Made by a program: the position numbers and the translations under genes. The notes below the pieces were generated by a model. The model saw only the letters and a program-made list of their open reading frames with translations, did not search any database and was not told the DNA's origin. From Nanobdellota archaeon (GTDB lineage: Archaea > Nanobdellota > Nanobdellia > Parvarchaeales > Parvarchaeaceae), in contig JAJYZA010000001.1 in assembly GCA_021800365.1 (NCBI GenBank), positions 85,377 through 145,376 of the forward strand: 60,000 bases of DNA, given 5' to 3'. Shown piece by piece: positions 37,179-47,855 of this stretch. Every line of letters starts with the position of its first letter. Within the stretch, counting starts at the first letter, position 1.

Positions 37179-39878
37179 ATGGATATATTGAGTGAAAAAC
37201 TAGAAAAAATACTTGCGGAGCTCGGATTTAAGGAGCTTACAGAAATTCAAAAACTATCGATCCCAGAGATAAACGCCGGTAAAAACGTCATAATCGGCGC
37301 CCCAACCGGTTATGGAAAGACCCTGGCGGCTTTTCTTCCTTTCTTAGACAAAATAGACATTAGAAGCCCAAAACTACAATTACTATATATAACGCCATTA
37401 AAATCACTTAACCGTGACATCTTTAAGAATATTATTTCAATAGGCAACAAAGCGGGAGTTGAGATAGATATAAGACATGGAGATACGCCGGCTAACGAAA
37501 GGTCAAATCAAGTCAGGGTCCCTCCACATTGTCTTATAACTACGCCGGAGACTTTGCAATCAATGTTTCTAAGCAAACGCATGGTAGAGAACCTAAGAGA
37601 TGTAAAATACGTCATTGTAGACGAAATCCAGGGGCTTATGGAATCAAAAAGAGGTACTCAATTTAGCATCGGTCTTGAAAGGCTTAGAGAGATTGCGACT
37701 TTCCAGATTATTGGCTTAAGCGCCACAATATCCGACTTTGAAGCAACAAAAAGATTCTTGGGCTGCGATAAGATAATAGAATTTGCCGGCAATAAAAATT
37801 ATAATATTGAGATAATTTACCCAAAAATAGACGATCAAGATGAAGAGACGGCGACAAATGAAAACGTCAGTGAAGTTGTCGCTAATTCAATGCGTCGTAT
37901 AAAGAATGAGATAAGTACGGCAAAATCTGTGCTTATCTTTACAAATACCCGCGAAGCTGCTGAACTTCTCGGTTCGAGATTATCAAAATTCCTTAAAAAT
38001 AAGGCGCTTGAAGTCCATCATAGTTCCTTATCAAAGGAAATAAGAATGGAAATTGAGAACCGATTCAAAATAGGGGAAATAGATATAATGATAGCAACAA
38101 GTTCTTTAGAGCTCGGTATTGACATAGGCAATGTGGACCTAGTCGTGCAATACATGTCACCAAGGCAGGTAATAAAATTAATACAAAGAGTTGGGAGATC
38201 GAATCACAGTCGAAGCGGCATAGCTGAAGGAAGAGTTCTTACGATAAATATAGACGACTATTTAGAGAGCTTATCAATAGAGCTGTGCCGCTTAGAAAAT
38301 AGACTAGAAAACATAGCAGTACCAGAAGGCAGCCTAGATATATTAGCGCACCAGATAGTCGGTATAGTCATAGACGGAATGGACAAATCAGACAGAATAT
38401 TCGAAATAATAAAAAGGTCATATAGTTATCAAAAAACAACTAGAAAGGAATTTGATGAAGTTCTTGATTTTCTTATAAAACATTATCTTTTGCGCTATTA
38501 TGGTGATAAACTAATCAGAACTAGGCGAGGATTATTATTTTATATAGCAAATATATCCTCGATCCCCGATCGAAAGACTTTCCTTGTTGTAGACAGTCAG
38601 TTAAACAAAAAAATAGGTGTCCTTAATGAAGGTTTCGTCGCAGAAAACGGTAAAGAGGGTAATCATTTCATAATGCGTGGCGAGACGTGGAAAGTGATAA
38701 AGATAGAAGGACCAAAGATAAGTGTAGTTAGGAGTAATAGTTCACTCGCGGCGGTGCCTGCATGGGAAGGTGAACTTATGCCAGTGCATAGATTTGTAGC
38801 AGAGCGCGCTGCAAGATTGAGACATGAAAAAACGGGAATGTTTGCAACGCTTAAAGAGCAACAGGCAAACTTTATCATACCTGACCCAGAGAATCTCCTC
38901 TTAGAAAGAGTCGAAGACTATCTGATTCTTCATGCGCCTTTTGGGAACCGGATCAATGAAGGACTTTCAAAGGCAATCTCCTCCGAGATTTCAGCAGTGA
39001 CTGGCGAAAGCGTACTTAGCAAGATAGATCCGTATCGCATCATGATAAAAACACCCCTGCCGCTTCATCAGATAAATAAATTAATTCTCAATATGGACAA
39101 TGCGGAGGCGCTTATTAGAGATAACATAAAACGCACGTCTCTATATGAGTATCGTTTCCTTAATGTAGCAAAGCGCTTCGGGGTGGTAAATAAATATGCC
39201 GATCCAAGCAAAATGCATCTTAGGACACTCGTGGATCTCTACAGAGGTAGCATAATAGAAAAAGAGGCGTACAATGAAATTTTCAGAGATAAGATCGATA
39301 TCGCTGGTGTACTGGACGTGCTAACAAAACTAAAAAATGGTAAAATCATAATTAAGATAAATGACGGCGACCCATCGCCTCTTGCTTACGAAGGCATAGA
39401 AAGCAGTTATGGCGGTTCATTAGTAAAACCAGAAGAGGCTAAGAAGTTGCTTAGAAATCTAGTAGCACAGCGATTAAATGAAACGCGACTGATTTTGTAT
39501 TGCCTTAACTGCGGTACAAATATCGGTGAATTCTACGCAAAGGACACCGAAGGTCTTAAATGTAGAAAATGTGGCGCAAAATATCTTGGCTTTTATAAAG
39601 CCAGATATGACGCTCAATATGCACCTATAATGCGGAAATTTATGAAACACAAGAAAATGACAAAAGATGAAAATAAAATATTTAATGGTATAAAGCAAAG
39701 CGGCGCATTATATCTTGCATATGAGAAAAGAGCATGTTTTGTCGGCGCCTCATATGGTGTTGGTCCAACAATGACTAGTCGTATTTTATCTGCTTACAGC
39801 AGGACAGAAGAACAGCTTATAGACAAAATAATAGAGGCTGAAAAGAACTATATTGAAACGAGAGAATACTGGAATTAA
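37179..39878 (+). CDS. lhr: Lhr-family ATP-dependent helicase with C-terminal Zn ribbon
   Basis: APTGYGKT, RHGDT, TTPETL, DEIQ, LSAT, HHSSL, TSSLELGIDIG, QRVGRS, PAWEGE, CxxC..CxxC. Confidence 0.95.
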   Translation: MDILSEKLEKILAELGFKELTEIQKLSIPEINAGKNVIIGAPTGYGKTLAAFLPFLDKIDIRSPKLQLLYITPLKSLNRDIFKNIISIGNKAGVEIDIRHGDTPANERSNQVRVPPHCLITTPETLQSMFLSKRMVENLRDVKYVIVDEIQGLMESKRGTQFSIGLERLREIATFQIIGLSATISDFEATKRFLGCDKIIEFAGNKNYNIEIIYPKIDDQDEETATNENVSEVVANSMRRIKNEISTAKSVLIFTNTREAAELLGSRLSKFLKNKALEVHHSSLSKEIRMEIENRFKIGEIDIMIATSSLELGIDIGNVDLVVQYMSPRQVIKLIQRVGRSNHSRSGIAEGRVLTINIDDYLESLSIELCRLENRLENIAVPEGSLDILAHQIVGIVIDGMDKSDRIFEIIKRSYSYQKTTRKEFDEVLDFLIKHYLLRYYGDKLIRTRRGLLFYIANISSIPDRKTFLVVDSQLNKKIGVLNEGFVAENGKEGNHFIMRGETWKVIKIEGPKISVVRSNSSLAAVPAWEGELMPVHRFVAERAARLRHEKTGMFATLKEQQANFIIPDPENLLLERVEDYLILHAPFGNRINEGLSKAISSEISAVTGESVLSKIDPYRIMIKTPLPLHQINKLILNMDNAEALIRDNIKRTSLYEYRFLNVAKRFGVVNKYADPSKMHLRTLVDLYRGSIIEKEAYNEIFRDKIDIAGVLDVLTKLKNGKIIIKINDGDPSPLAYEGIESSYGGSLVKPEEAKKLLRNLVAQRLNETRLILYCLNCGTNIGEFYAKDTEGLKCRKCGAKYLGFYKARYDAQYAPIMRKFMKHKKMTKDENKIFNGIKQSGALYLAYEKRACFVGASYGVGPTMTSRILSAYSRTEEQLIDKIIEAEKNYIETREYWN

Positions 39879-40057
39879 TATTTTCTAATACCATTTATAT
39901 TTTTACTAAGCCAAGAATAGGCCCTTATCTTTGCTGTCCTGCCATAACCACAATGAGAACAATAACGTTTTCTCTTTAGATAAGAATCTTTACCGCACCT
40001 TCTGCATCGTACGTGCGGCTGTTTCCTATTATGTAAACCCATTGATCTTGTGCTCAT
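39875..40057 (-). CDS. rpl37e: 50S ribosomal protein L37e
   Basis: HVRCRRCGKDSY...CSHCGYG; conserved adjacency to Sm. Confidence 0.96.
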   Translation of the reverse strand: MSTRSMGLHNRKQPHVRCRRCGKDSYLKRKRYCSHCGYGRTAKIRAYSWLSKNINGIRKY

Positions 40058-40284
40058 ACCGTCGGAGATATCAAAATTATAGTGTCGCCTCTAATAAAAA
40101 CGCTTCCTAATTTTCTTAGCACATCGCCATTCTTTCTTTCTTCCGCTCCATCTAAAGTGATATTTATATGAACGTCGAAAGCGATTAGCTTCCCAGTTAT
40201 CGAATTGCCATTTTTTAACTCAACAAGGATCATCTTTCCCCTAGCATTATTCAAAAGGTCTAGCGGCCTCGCATTCTCACTCAT
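40054..40284 (-). CDS. Sm-like archaeal protein (SmAP/LSm)
   Basis: RPLDLL...GKLIAFDVHINITL...FIRGDTI; start corrected to MSENARP (76 aa). Confidence 0.95.
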   Translation of the reverse strand: MSENARPLDLLNNARGKMILVELKNGNSITGKLIAFDVHINITLDGAEERKNGDVLRKLGSVFIRGDTIILISPTV

Positions 40285-40288
40285 AGGT

Positions 40289-41935
40289 TTATTCGTATCC
40301 GCCCATTCCGCCTGGGCCTCCGGGTGGCATGCGTGGGCCCTGATTTGCTGATTTACCTGCTGCAATTATGTCATCGATTCTCAATATCATTACAGCAACT
40401 TCGCTAGCACTCTTTATAGCTTGTTTTTTTGTTCTGAGAGGTTCTATTACACCCTCTTTAAACATGTCCGAAACTGTGGGTTTGTAAACGTCTGAGAGAT
40501 TTACGCCTGCCCAAGTCTTTCCCTTCTGATGCTCCGCCCTAAGATCAACTTGTATATCTATTGGGTCCATACCAGCATTCTCAGCCAGCGTCTTAACCAC
40601 TATTTCCAAAGAATCGGCGAATGAACTTACGGCGAGTTGCTCGCGACCTTCTAGTTTCTTAGCAAATTCCTTCAACTGTTTTGAGACTTCCATTTCGCAA
40701 GCGCCTCCGCCTGCAACTATTGCACCACTATCCTCTATCACAGCTCTAAGATCACCTAAGCTGTCCTCAATTGCTCTTTGTACTTCATCTATAACGTGCT
40801 CGGTTCCACCGCGTATTAGTATTGTAACTGCCTTTGGATTTTTGCACTCCTCTATGAATGCTAACGTTTCACCGGCTAGTTTTTCCACACGGACAACGCC
40901 GGCCTGACCTAGGCTACTGGCATCTGCTTCATCTAAAGTGGAGATTATCTTAGCACCAGTGGCCTTTCCGATTTTTTTGATATCATTCTCCGATACACGT
41001 CTAAAGGCAAGTATTCCCGCTTTCGCTAAAAAGTGCTGGGCGGTATCGTCTATTCCTTTCTGGCATACTACGACGTTGGCACCGGATTGCGATACCTTCT
41101 TAACCATTTCACGCAACATGCGCTCTTCTTCATCTAAGAATGCACTGATTTGTTCTGGTTTTTCTATTTTTATCTGTGCATCAATATTTGTCTTTTCTGT
41201 CTCTAAGGCGAGGTTAAGAAGTGCTATCTTTGCATTCTTAACGGTATCTGGCATGTCTGGATGTACCTTTTCCTTATCTATTATCACTCCCCTCACAAGC
41301 CTAGAATCTGCAAGCCCTCCGCCGACTTTCTTTTCTATCTTTATATCGTCAAGATCCACACCTTCAGTCTTTCCAACTAGAGATTTAACATGTCTTACGG
41401 CGTCTACCACAAGTGAAATTATGTGCTCATCTGCACCAGTGCTTTTACCTATCGTGGCTGTTTTAACTATTCTTGCTAGATCCTCCTTACTCCCAATATC
41501 CAATTTAAGCGCGATCTTGTCTAATATCTCTTGTGCTTCATTAGCTGCCAGTTTGTATCCTCTAGAGATTAATGTAGGATGTATCCCTTGGTCAAGTAAT
41601 GTTTCTGCGTTCTTGAGAAGCTCTCCTGCGATTATGACTGCAGTAGTAGTTCCATCACCAACTTCCTCTTCTTGAGTCTTTGCCACCTCAACTATCATCT
41701 TTGCGGCGGGGTTTTCAACTTCCATGTTTTTAAGGACGGTGACCCCATCGTTCGTTATAGTTATGTCCCCAATATTATCTACGAGCATTTTGTCCATGCC
41801 GCGTGGTCCGAGCGTTGATTTTACTGTATTGGCGATCGCCTTCGCTGCTGCGATGTTATTTCTTTGTGCATCTTTACCACTCGTCCTGGTATATCCCTCA
41901 GGTAAAATAAAAATTGGTTGTATGTTGTCTGCCAT
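40289..41935 (-). CDS. ths: thermosome (group II chaperonin) subunit
   Basis: [29 protein letters not shown], Gly/Met tail; start at MADNIQP behind a GGAGGT SD. Confidence 0.97.
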   Translation of the reverse strand: MADNIQPIFILPEGYTRTSGKDAQRNNIAAAKAIANTVKSTLGPRGMDKMLVDNIGDITITNDGVTVLKNMEVENPAAKMIVEVAKTQEEEVGDGTTTAVIIAGELLKNAETLLDQGIHPTLISRGYKLAANEAQEILDKIALKLDIGSKEDLARIVKTATIGKSTGADEHIISLVVDAVRHVKSLVGKTEGVDLDDIKIEKKVGGGLADSRLVRGVIIDKEKVHPDMPDTVKNAKIALLNLALETEKTNIDAQIKIEKPEQISAFLDEEERMLREMVKKVSQSGANVVVCQKGIDDTAQHFLAKAGILAFRRVSENDIKKIGKATGAKIISTLDEADASSLGQAGVVRVEKLAGETLAFIEECKNPKAVTILIRGGTEHVIDEVQRAIEDSLGDLRAVIEDSGAIVAGGGACEMEVSKQLKEFAKKLEGREQLAVSSFADSLEIVVKTLAENAGMDPIDIQVDLRAEHQKGKTWAGVNLSDVYKPTVSDMFKEGVIEPLRTKKQAIKSASEVAVMILRIDDIIAAGKSANQGPRMPPGGPGGMGGYE

Positions 41936-41956
41936 ATTATACCTCCTATCGTCTTT

Positions 41957-41983
41957 GTCCTCGCACACTTGTGCTCACTGGGC
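41957..41983 (-). promoter_or_regulatory. kink-turn motif in the thermosome 5' leader
   Basis: GCCC-AGU-GA-GCAC-AAGU-GUGC-GA-GGAC: 3-nt bulge with U at L3, tandem G.A/A.G pairs, 4-bp NC stem. Confidence 0.6.
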
Positions 41984-42015
41984 TTTTATATGATTATCTA
42001 TAGAGATTAAATTAC

Positions 42016-42032
42016 TATTTAAAGTTTTCTTG
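42016..42032 (-). promoter_or_regulatory. BRE-TATA promoter of the thermosome-Sm-L37e operon
   Basis: AAGAAAAC-TTTAAATA on the minus strand, about 80 nt upstream of the ATG. Confidence 0.6.
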
Positions 42033-42197
42033 GCAGCTTTTAGCGACTCGTTTAGTTCATGAATCCATATCTGTTTAAAAATCCACCAAAGATAGCAACA
42101 TTTTCAAAGAAGCGTAAAGCCCCGTTCAAAAGCTTAGAATAGTTAACTGACTAACTGAAAAAGCTTTTTAGTAAGAAAATACAAGTTTAATAATTAC

Positions 42198-43187
42198 ATG
42201 GAAGACCTAGCCTTATCCGGAAGTGAAATAAGAAAAGATTATAGAACCGATTCGTATTCTATAATCGCGCCTAAACGCGGAAGCCGCCCTAAAGAACTTG
42301 GGGAGGAAGATATCAACAAATTAGACATATCAAAATGCCCATTTGAGAGATCTAACGATTCGCTGACGAAAGAACTCGCCAAATATGGGGAACCATGGGA
42401 AATAAAAGTTATTGAGAATGTCTTTCCTGAATTATCCGGAAACACGCCCTTCGGAGAATTTTCAGCTGCGAATGGGCTTTTCTCGTCGATTGGAGGGTAC
42501 GGCTATAACGAAGTTTTGATAGATAGCCAAAATCACTTGGATCTTTTTGAGGATTTTTCTATAGATAAATTGATTGAATGGCTCGGAGTATTGATAGACA
42601 GAGAAGAAGTACTTTATGATCGAAAATATATAAAATACGTACAGGTCTTCAAAAATTACGGAGGGCTTGGAGGCGCAAGCTTAGCGCACCCACATACTCA
42701 AATAATGGCATGGCCGATACTTATAGGCACGATGGATGCCGAAAGTAAGATTATTAAGAAACGCTTGAAAGAAACTACAAAGTGCCTATATGAAGAACTT
42801 CGCGATGCAGAAGCCGGCCGACTCCTTGTCGACAATGGAAATTTTTTTGCGATAGCCCCATTCGGGTCACGTATCTCTGCAGAGTCCATGATAATACCAA
42901 AAAGACACGTAAGCTATATCGGTGACTTATCTAACGATGAAAAAAGGGATCTTGTGTCCGCCCTAAAATCTATACTTATCACCAACATAAAACTTTATGG
43001 AAAGCACGCGTATAATTTCACTATCCATGAACTTAAAGACGATCCCGATTTTCACATGCATCTTGAAATTTACCCTAGGCTTTCAACTTTCGCCGGCATT
43101 GAGCTGGGAGAAAATGTTTTCGTAAATACTATCGCACCGGAAGAATATGCAGAAATGTTCAGGAATACTCTTGCGGTAACAAAATAA
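42198..43187 (+). CDS. galT: galactose-1-phosphate uridylyltransferase (GalT)-family nucleotidyltransferase
   Basis: RGSRP, CPF, ENVFP, FKNYG..GASLAHPHTQ, HMHLEIYPRL, AGIELG. Confidence 0.92.
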   Translation: MEDLALSGSEIRKDYRTDSYSIIAPKRGSRPKELGEEDINKLDISKCPFERSNDSLTKELAKYGEPWEIKVIENVFPELSGNTPFGEFSAANGLFSSIGGYGYNEVLIDSQNHLDLFEDFSIDKLIEWLGVLIDREEVLYDRKYIKYVQVFKNYGGLGGASLAHPHTQIMAWPILIGTMDAESKIIKKRLKETTKCLYEELRDAEAGRLLVDNGNFFAIAPFGSRISAESMIIPKRHVSYIGDLSNDEKRDLVSALKSILITNIKLYGKHAYNFTIHELKDDPDFHMHLEIYPRLSTFAGIELGENVFVNTIAPEEYAEMFRNTLAVTK

Positions 43188-43204
43188 ATCAATTGATCGG
43201 ATTT

Positions 43205-44119
43205 TTAAATTTTTGTAGTAAGAAATTCTCTGCAGTCTATAGCAGCCATCGATCCCCAGCCAGCGGCTATCACTGCCTGCTTATAATGTCGATCCTGTAC
43301 GTCACCCGCGGCAAATACGCCTAGCTTACTAGTCTTTGTAAAATCGTGGGTTTTTATGTACCCCATTTCATCTAAGTCTAGCTGTTCTTTGAATAGAAAC
43401 GTATTTGGGGAATGCCCTATCGCGATAAATAATCCGTCAATTTTCAGGTCTATCGTTTCATCGGTCTTATTATTTTTTGTCCTTATCCCAGATAGTTTAT
43501 TGTTACCTAAAACATCTATTACTTCTGTATCCCACATTATTTTTATTTTTGGATTCGATAATACACGTTCCTGCATTATTTTACTAGCCTTAAATTCGCT
43601 TCGTCTGTGGATTAGTAGCACGCTTTTGGCTAAACTAGAAAGATAAGACGCATCTTCCATTGCACTATCTCCGCCCCCGATTACAGCAACATCTTTTCCC
43701 TTAAAGAAAAAGCCGTCACATATCGCGCAGCCAGATACTCCCTTTCCAACAAGCTTCTGCTCGTTTTTTAGCCCAAGCCATTTGGCACTTGCGCCAGTTG
43801 CAATTATTATGGATTTTGTTTCATATTCGACTTCGCTGATCCATACTTTATATGGATATATATTAAGGTCCACTTTTGTGACATCATCATCTATAACTCT
43901 ACAGTTAAGCCCCTTAACGTGTTTATACATATCTTCCATTAGATCCTGTCCTAAAATGGACGGGAAACCGGGGTAGTTCTCGACATTAGACGTCAGCATT
44001 AACTGCCCACCTGGCTGAAATCCGCGTATTAGAAGCGGGTCGAGATTGTCTCTTACTGCATATATCGCAGCAGTGTACCCTGCTGGTCCCGAACCGATTA
44101 TAATAACTTTTTCCACCAT
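43205..44119 (-). CDS. trxB: thioredoxin-disulfide reductase
   Basis: GSGPAGYTAA, VENYPGF, CAICDG, GGGDSA, FAAGD. Confidence 0.96.
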   Translation of the reverse strand: MVEKVIIIGSGPAGYTAAIYAVRDNLDPLLIRGFQPGGQLMLTSNVENYPGFPSILGQDLMEDMYKHVKGLNCRVIDDDVTKVDLNIYPYKVWISEVEYETKSIIIATGASAKWLGLKNEQKLVGKGVSGCAICDGFFFKGKDVAVIGGGDSAMEDASYLSSLAKSVLLIHRRSEFKASKIMQERVLSNPKIKIMWDTEVIDVLGNNKLSGIRTKNNKTDETIDLKIDGLFIAIGHSPNTFLFKEQLDLDEMGYIKTHDFTKTSKLGVFAAGDVQDRHYKQAVIAAGWGSMAAIDCREFLTTKI

Positions 44120-44211
44120 TAACAAATAATGTAAACAAAATATATAAACAATTCCATTCGCGCAATATTCGCTAACCTTATATTTTTATATACGTGCTGT
44201 TTAGACATAAA

Positions 44212-45987
44212 ATGGAGGGCAATTATTTTCTGATTGAAGTTTCTTTCGAAGCTGGCAACAAAGTTGGAGGTATATGGACCGTCTTAACCTCTAAGTCTAC
44301 ATATATTAAAACGGCATTCGGAAGCAATTACCTAGCAATTGGTTTCTATAATCCAACACAAGCTGCCGTGGAATTCATCGAAACTCCTGCACCACAGTAT
44401 GTGAAAGACGCCCTCGCAGATTTCAAATTAGATGGCGTAAAGGTTTATTTTGGACAGTGGGTGCCGGGCAGTAATAATAATATAATCTTGCTAGATACAA
44501 AAGATTTCGAGAAGAACCACGTTAATGACATAAAAAGAGAATTCTGGGATGCGTTCAAAATAGATTCTCTTAATTCTCCCGAAGATTATAATGAACCGTT
44601 GGCTTGGTCATACGCTGCTGGGGCTCTTGCAGAAGCGCTTAACAAACATATAGGGATCCGCACCGTTATCCAGGCACATGAGTGGTTGTCTGGAGGCACA
44701 GTGCTTTATCTAAAAGCAAAGCAGGCAAAGATACCGACGGTCTTTACTGCGCATGCAACAGTATTGGGCAGGGCTTATTCTTATGGGGGTAACGACGTAA
44801 TGTCATTCATAAACGAAAATTTGAGCGTAAGCAACTCGATGCCGTATCAATATGGGGTAGCTGCAAAGCATTTTACGGAGAAGGCTGCTGCATCAAACGC
44901 AACTGTCTTTACCGTAGTCAGCGAGATTGTTAAAAAGGAAGCAATAGTAATGCTAGGCAAAAAAGCGGATTTTGTCACGACTAATGGGATAGATTTGATA
45001 AACCTTCCAAATGAAGAAGAGCTGTCTACAATGCGTGTAAATGCAAAAGAGAAGTTTGCGAGTTTTATTAATTCGTACTTCTTGCCTTATTATGATTTTA
45101 ACGGAAAAGAAGCTAAGGTGTTCATAACCAGCGGAAGATACGAATTCTATGACAAAGGGTTCGATTTGTTTATAGATGCACTTGGAAAACTGGATAAAAT
45201 GTTAACCGATGATAACTATATCATCGCGCTCATCGCTGTCCCTACCGGTACATACGGCCTTAAAAATGAAGTTGTAGCAAACTACTTAACGTATCTTAGT
45301 ATAAAGTCCTCTCTAGACGAAGACGTAAGAAATTTCGATGAGCTCGTCGCCTCTGAACCATCCGTAACAACGACAAACTTGGATAAAGCCTACAGCAAAA
45401 TCTTAAATGATGCAAGAAGATTGACTTTGCAGCTACGAAGACCTAAACCTACAAATCCGCCAATCTGTCCGTTTATATTGTCTTATCCGGAGCAAACCGA
45501 TGCGATACTAAATAAACTAAAGGATAACGGGCTTGAAAATGACGTTAAAAACAAAATCAAGGTAATATTCTATCCGAAATATCTCACGGTTGGTGATGAA
45601 CTTCTTAACATGACCTACAATGAGGTAATTACGCTTGCTACCGCTGGATTCTTCCTCTCAAAGTATGAACCATTCGGTTATACACCAATAGAGGCCGCAT
45701 CACACATGTCGATAGCGTTTACCACGGACCACTCTGGACTTGCCGAATGTTGCCTAACTATGCAAAAACGTGAGATAAATGGGATTATAATCGAAAAACT
45801 CACGGGAAAAAAACACGATGACATAGTGCTGCAAACGGCAGAGGACATGCTAAAGATAGCTATGATGAGCGATGACGATGTATTTAGGCTTAAGCTTGCT
45901 GCAAAAAAAACCGCAGAAAACTTTGGATGGGATAAGTTTATCCAGAATTACTTTGATGCGTACGGCTCTGCTCTAAAAAAGATTTAA
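44212..45987 (+). CDS. glycogen synthase, GT3 family
   Basis: EVSFEAGNKVGGIWTV, HEWLSG, HATVLGR, SGRYEF..KG, YEPFGYTP. Confidence 0.9.
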   Translation: MEGNYFLIEVSFEAGNKVGGIWTVLTSKSTYIKTAFGSNYLAIGFYNPTQAAVEFIETPAPQYVKDALADFKLDGVKVYFGQWVPGSNNNIILLDTKDFEKNHVNDIKREFWDAFKIDSLNSPEDYNEPLAWSYAAGALAEALNKHIGIRTVIQAHEWLSGGTVLYLKAKQAKIPTVFTAHATVLGRAYSYGGNDVMSFINENLSVSNSMPYQYGVAAKHFTEKAAASNATVFTVVSEIVKKEAIVMLGKKADFVTTNGIDLINLPNEEELSTMRVNAKEKFASFINSYFLPYYDFNGKEAKVFITSGRYEFYDKGFDLFIDALGKLDKMLTDDNYIIALIAVPTGTYGLKNEVVANYLTYLSIKSSLDEDVRNFDELVASEPSVTTTNLDKAYSKILNDARRLTLQLRRPKPTNPPICPFILSYPEQTDAILNKLKDNGLENDVKNKIKVIFYPKYLTVGDELLNMTYNEVITLATAGFFLSKYEPFGYTPIEAASHMSIAFTTDHSGLAECCLTMQKREINGIIIEKLTGKKHDDIVLQTAEDMLKIAMMSDDDVFRLKLAAKKTAENFGWDKFIQNYFDAYGSALKKI

Positions 45988-47134
45988 TCCGTTTGTCCAT
46001 TGCAGACAGGATATTGCAATAATTTATATAAGCAAGGTACGGTGAAGCGTAAGCGTTGAAATATTTATGTATATCACCGTCAGCGAACCATTTCGTACAC
46101 ATGTAATAGAAGTTATCTGAGGTCTGCAATAGCCTCCAATCCCTAAGGACATCCAAATTATTCGTAGTTAAAACCGACTCTCTCATTGAATAAAGTTTTT
46201 TAAATGCCGCATCCTGCATTTTATTGCCAAGCCATGCAGAAAGGTCTCTGTCGAGATCGGCCCAAGACATTATATCGGGTACATCTATCACTCCTGCAGA
46301 CTTTAATGCAGCTGATTCACTAATCGTATTGAAGCCTACGCGCCTCTTTATCAGCTCTGTGGGCAGGGCTTTAAGAAAGTCGAATATACCGGTATCTTTC
46401 CATTGGTGCTCTCCGAACGTTTCGTAATCCATGAATAAATTAACTGTGTCGCCTTCGCTCCTAGACACCCATTCGGCATATTTGTCGGCAGTTAAAGGCC
46501 AATCCTTCCATTCTCTCGATGAAAACCTAAATGATACATCATCGCTAAGTCTATAATTCCTAAGCAGCACCGGGATACTCTTTGAGGGGGGATTATATAC
46601 ATAATTCGGTGACCTACCGCCGAGGTACTTGTCCCAACCTTCTGCGATTATTCCTTTATAACCGAGCTTTGCGGCTAAGTCAGCAATTTCGTTCGAATAC
46701 ATCGCTTCTGTGTTCCGAAATATTGTTGGTTTTTTACCAAAATATTTCTTAACCATGTCAGAATGTTCTTTAACCTGATCTATGAATTCTTCTCTGTTCA
46801 TCAGAAAAGCAAGTGAGTGATAGTATGTCTCATCTAGTAGCTCCGTGCTGCCGATATCGACAAGTTCCTGAAAAGCTGAGATTACATCTGGTCTGAAGGC
46901 TTCGGCCTGTTCAAAAAATGTTCCGGTAAAAGAAAAGTTTGTTTTAAACTCTGGATGTTCTTTAGACAGCTGGATCAGTATCTTTGTAGTAGGTATATAA
47001 CATTTATCGCTAACTCTGTCGAAAATTTCGCGGTTCTTGTTGGTATCTATAAACTCAGCCGTATGCTCAAAGGAGAGCACTCTTTTTAATCTAAATGGCT
47101 GATGCACTTCGAAGTAAAAAGTTACGTTTGGCAT
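45938..47134 (-). CDS. glycoside hydrolase family 57 (alpha-amylase-like)
   Basis: YFEVHQP, ETYYHSL, FRNTE, FMDYETFGEH, SWADLDRDLSAWLGN. Confidence 0.93.
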   Translation of the reverse strand: MPNVTFYFEVHQPFRLKRVLSFEHTAEFIDTNKNREIFDRVSDKCYIPTTKILIQLSKEHPEFKTNFSFTGTFFEQAEAFRPDVISAFQELVDIGSTELLDETYYHSLAFLMNREEFIDQVKEHSDMVKKYFGKKPTIFRNTEAMYSNEIADLAAKLGYKGIIAEGWDKYLGGRSPNYVYNPPSKSIPVLLRNYRLSDDVSFRFSSREWKDWPLTADKYAEWVSRSEGDTVNLFMDYETFGEHQWKDTGIFDFLKALPTELIKRRVGFNTISESAALKSAGVIDVPDIMSWADLDRDLSAWLGNKMQDAAFKKLYSMRESVLTTNNLDVLRDWRLLQTSDNFYYMCTKWFADGDIHKYFNAYASPYLAYINYCNILSAMDKRIKSFLEQSRTHQSNSG

Positions 47135-47223
47135 ATATAAGATATGCGCTTTAAAAATTAAAAGGCATCAAAACCTACCAGCTCACGCTATATAATCAAA
47201 GTGCTTTAATGCAGTCACCGTAC

Positions 47224-47349
47224 TCAGCTACTAGGATATTCGCCGGGAGATATTATTTTTATCTTACCACTGCCGTGACACCTAGGACACATCTTACCGC
47301 CTACGCTGCGCATCCCATGACATACCGGGCAAACTCGTGTTTCTGACAT
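47224..47349 (-). CDS. 41-aa DnaJ-type (CxxCxGxG) zinc-finger microprotein
   Basis: MSETRVCPVCHGMRSVGGKMCPRCHGSGKIKIISPGEYPSS*; TATTAAAA box upstream. Not in the ORF track. Confidence 0.75.
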   Translation of the reverse strand: MSETRVCPVCHGMRSVGGKMCPRCHGSGKIKIISPGEYPSS

Positions 47350-47429
47350 ACATTAAGCTATATGCAGTGCATCTTTTAATAGTTTATTCACAATTTGAAG
47401 CGGCAGCTCTTTACCTCTAAATATTCAAA

Positions 47430-47807
47430 CTATACAAAAATATAAATTAACAGCGTTAATATCGCAGCAGTGTCCAGAGAATATAGATTAATTTTAAGCG
47501 CCTGTTGCAGGTCAAGTTTATGTGCCTTCTCGCCAGCTACTTTTCCTCTTCTGCCACCGGAACCGGAAAAATCAAAGGCCCTAAGCGTTGCAAATCCCGC
47601 GCAGAACCTGAAATATCCCTGGTACATGCCCTCTGAGCCCAAAAATAATGGTATTATGCACGCCACTAAAGACAATCTTGGCGCTGAAAACTCGACGAGG
47701 AAATATACTAATATTAGCGTGGCTACAAACCCAACAACGCCAAGTGCGTACCTCTTTCTTATTTCATTCTTGCCTATATTACAAACACCTGGCTTATACG
47801 TTGCCAT
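47430..47807 (-). CDS. small membrane protein (YxPGVCNIG family)
   Basis: YKPGVCNIGKNEIRKR, FCAGF and three hydrophobic segments. Confidence 0.8.
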   Translation of the reverse strand: MATYKPGVCNIGKNEIRKRYALGVVGFVATLILVYFLVEFSAPRLSLVACIIPLFLGSEGMYQGYFRFCAGFATLRAFDFSGSGGRRGKVAGEKAHKLDLQQALKINLYSLDTAAILTLLIYIFV

Positions 47808-47855
47808 ATTTCGGTTACTGATAGATTATAATAGCACTACACCAAATATAAACAA

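Noticed and set aside
40285-40365. N-terminal extension of the Sm ORF
   Set aside because: It overlaps the thermosome C-terminus; Sm homology starts at MSENARP.
41936-41968. GTG-start extension of the thermosome
   Set aside because: The GGAGGT SD supports the ATG at 41935; the extension is the leader.
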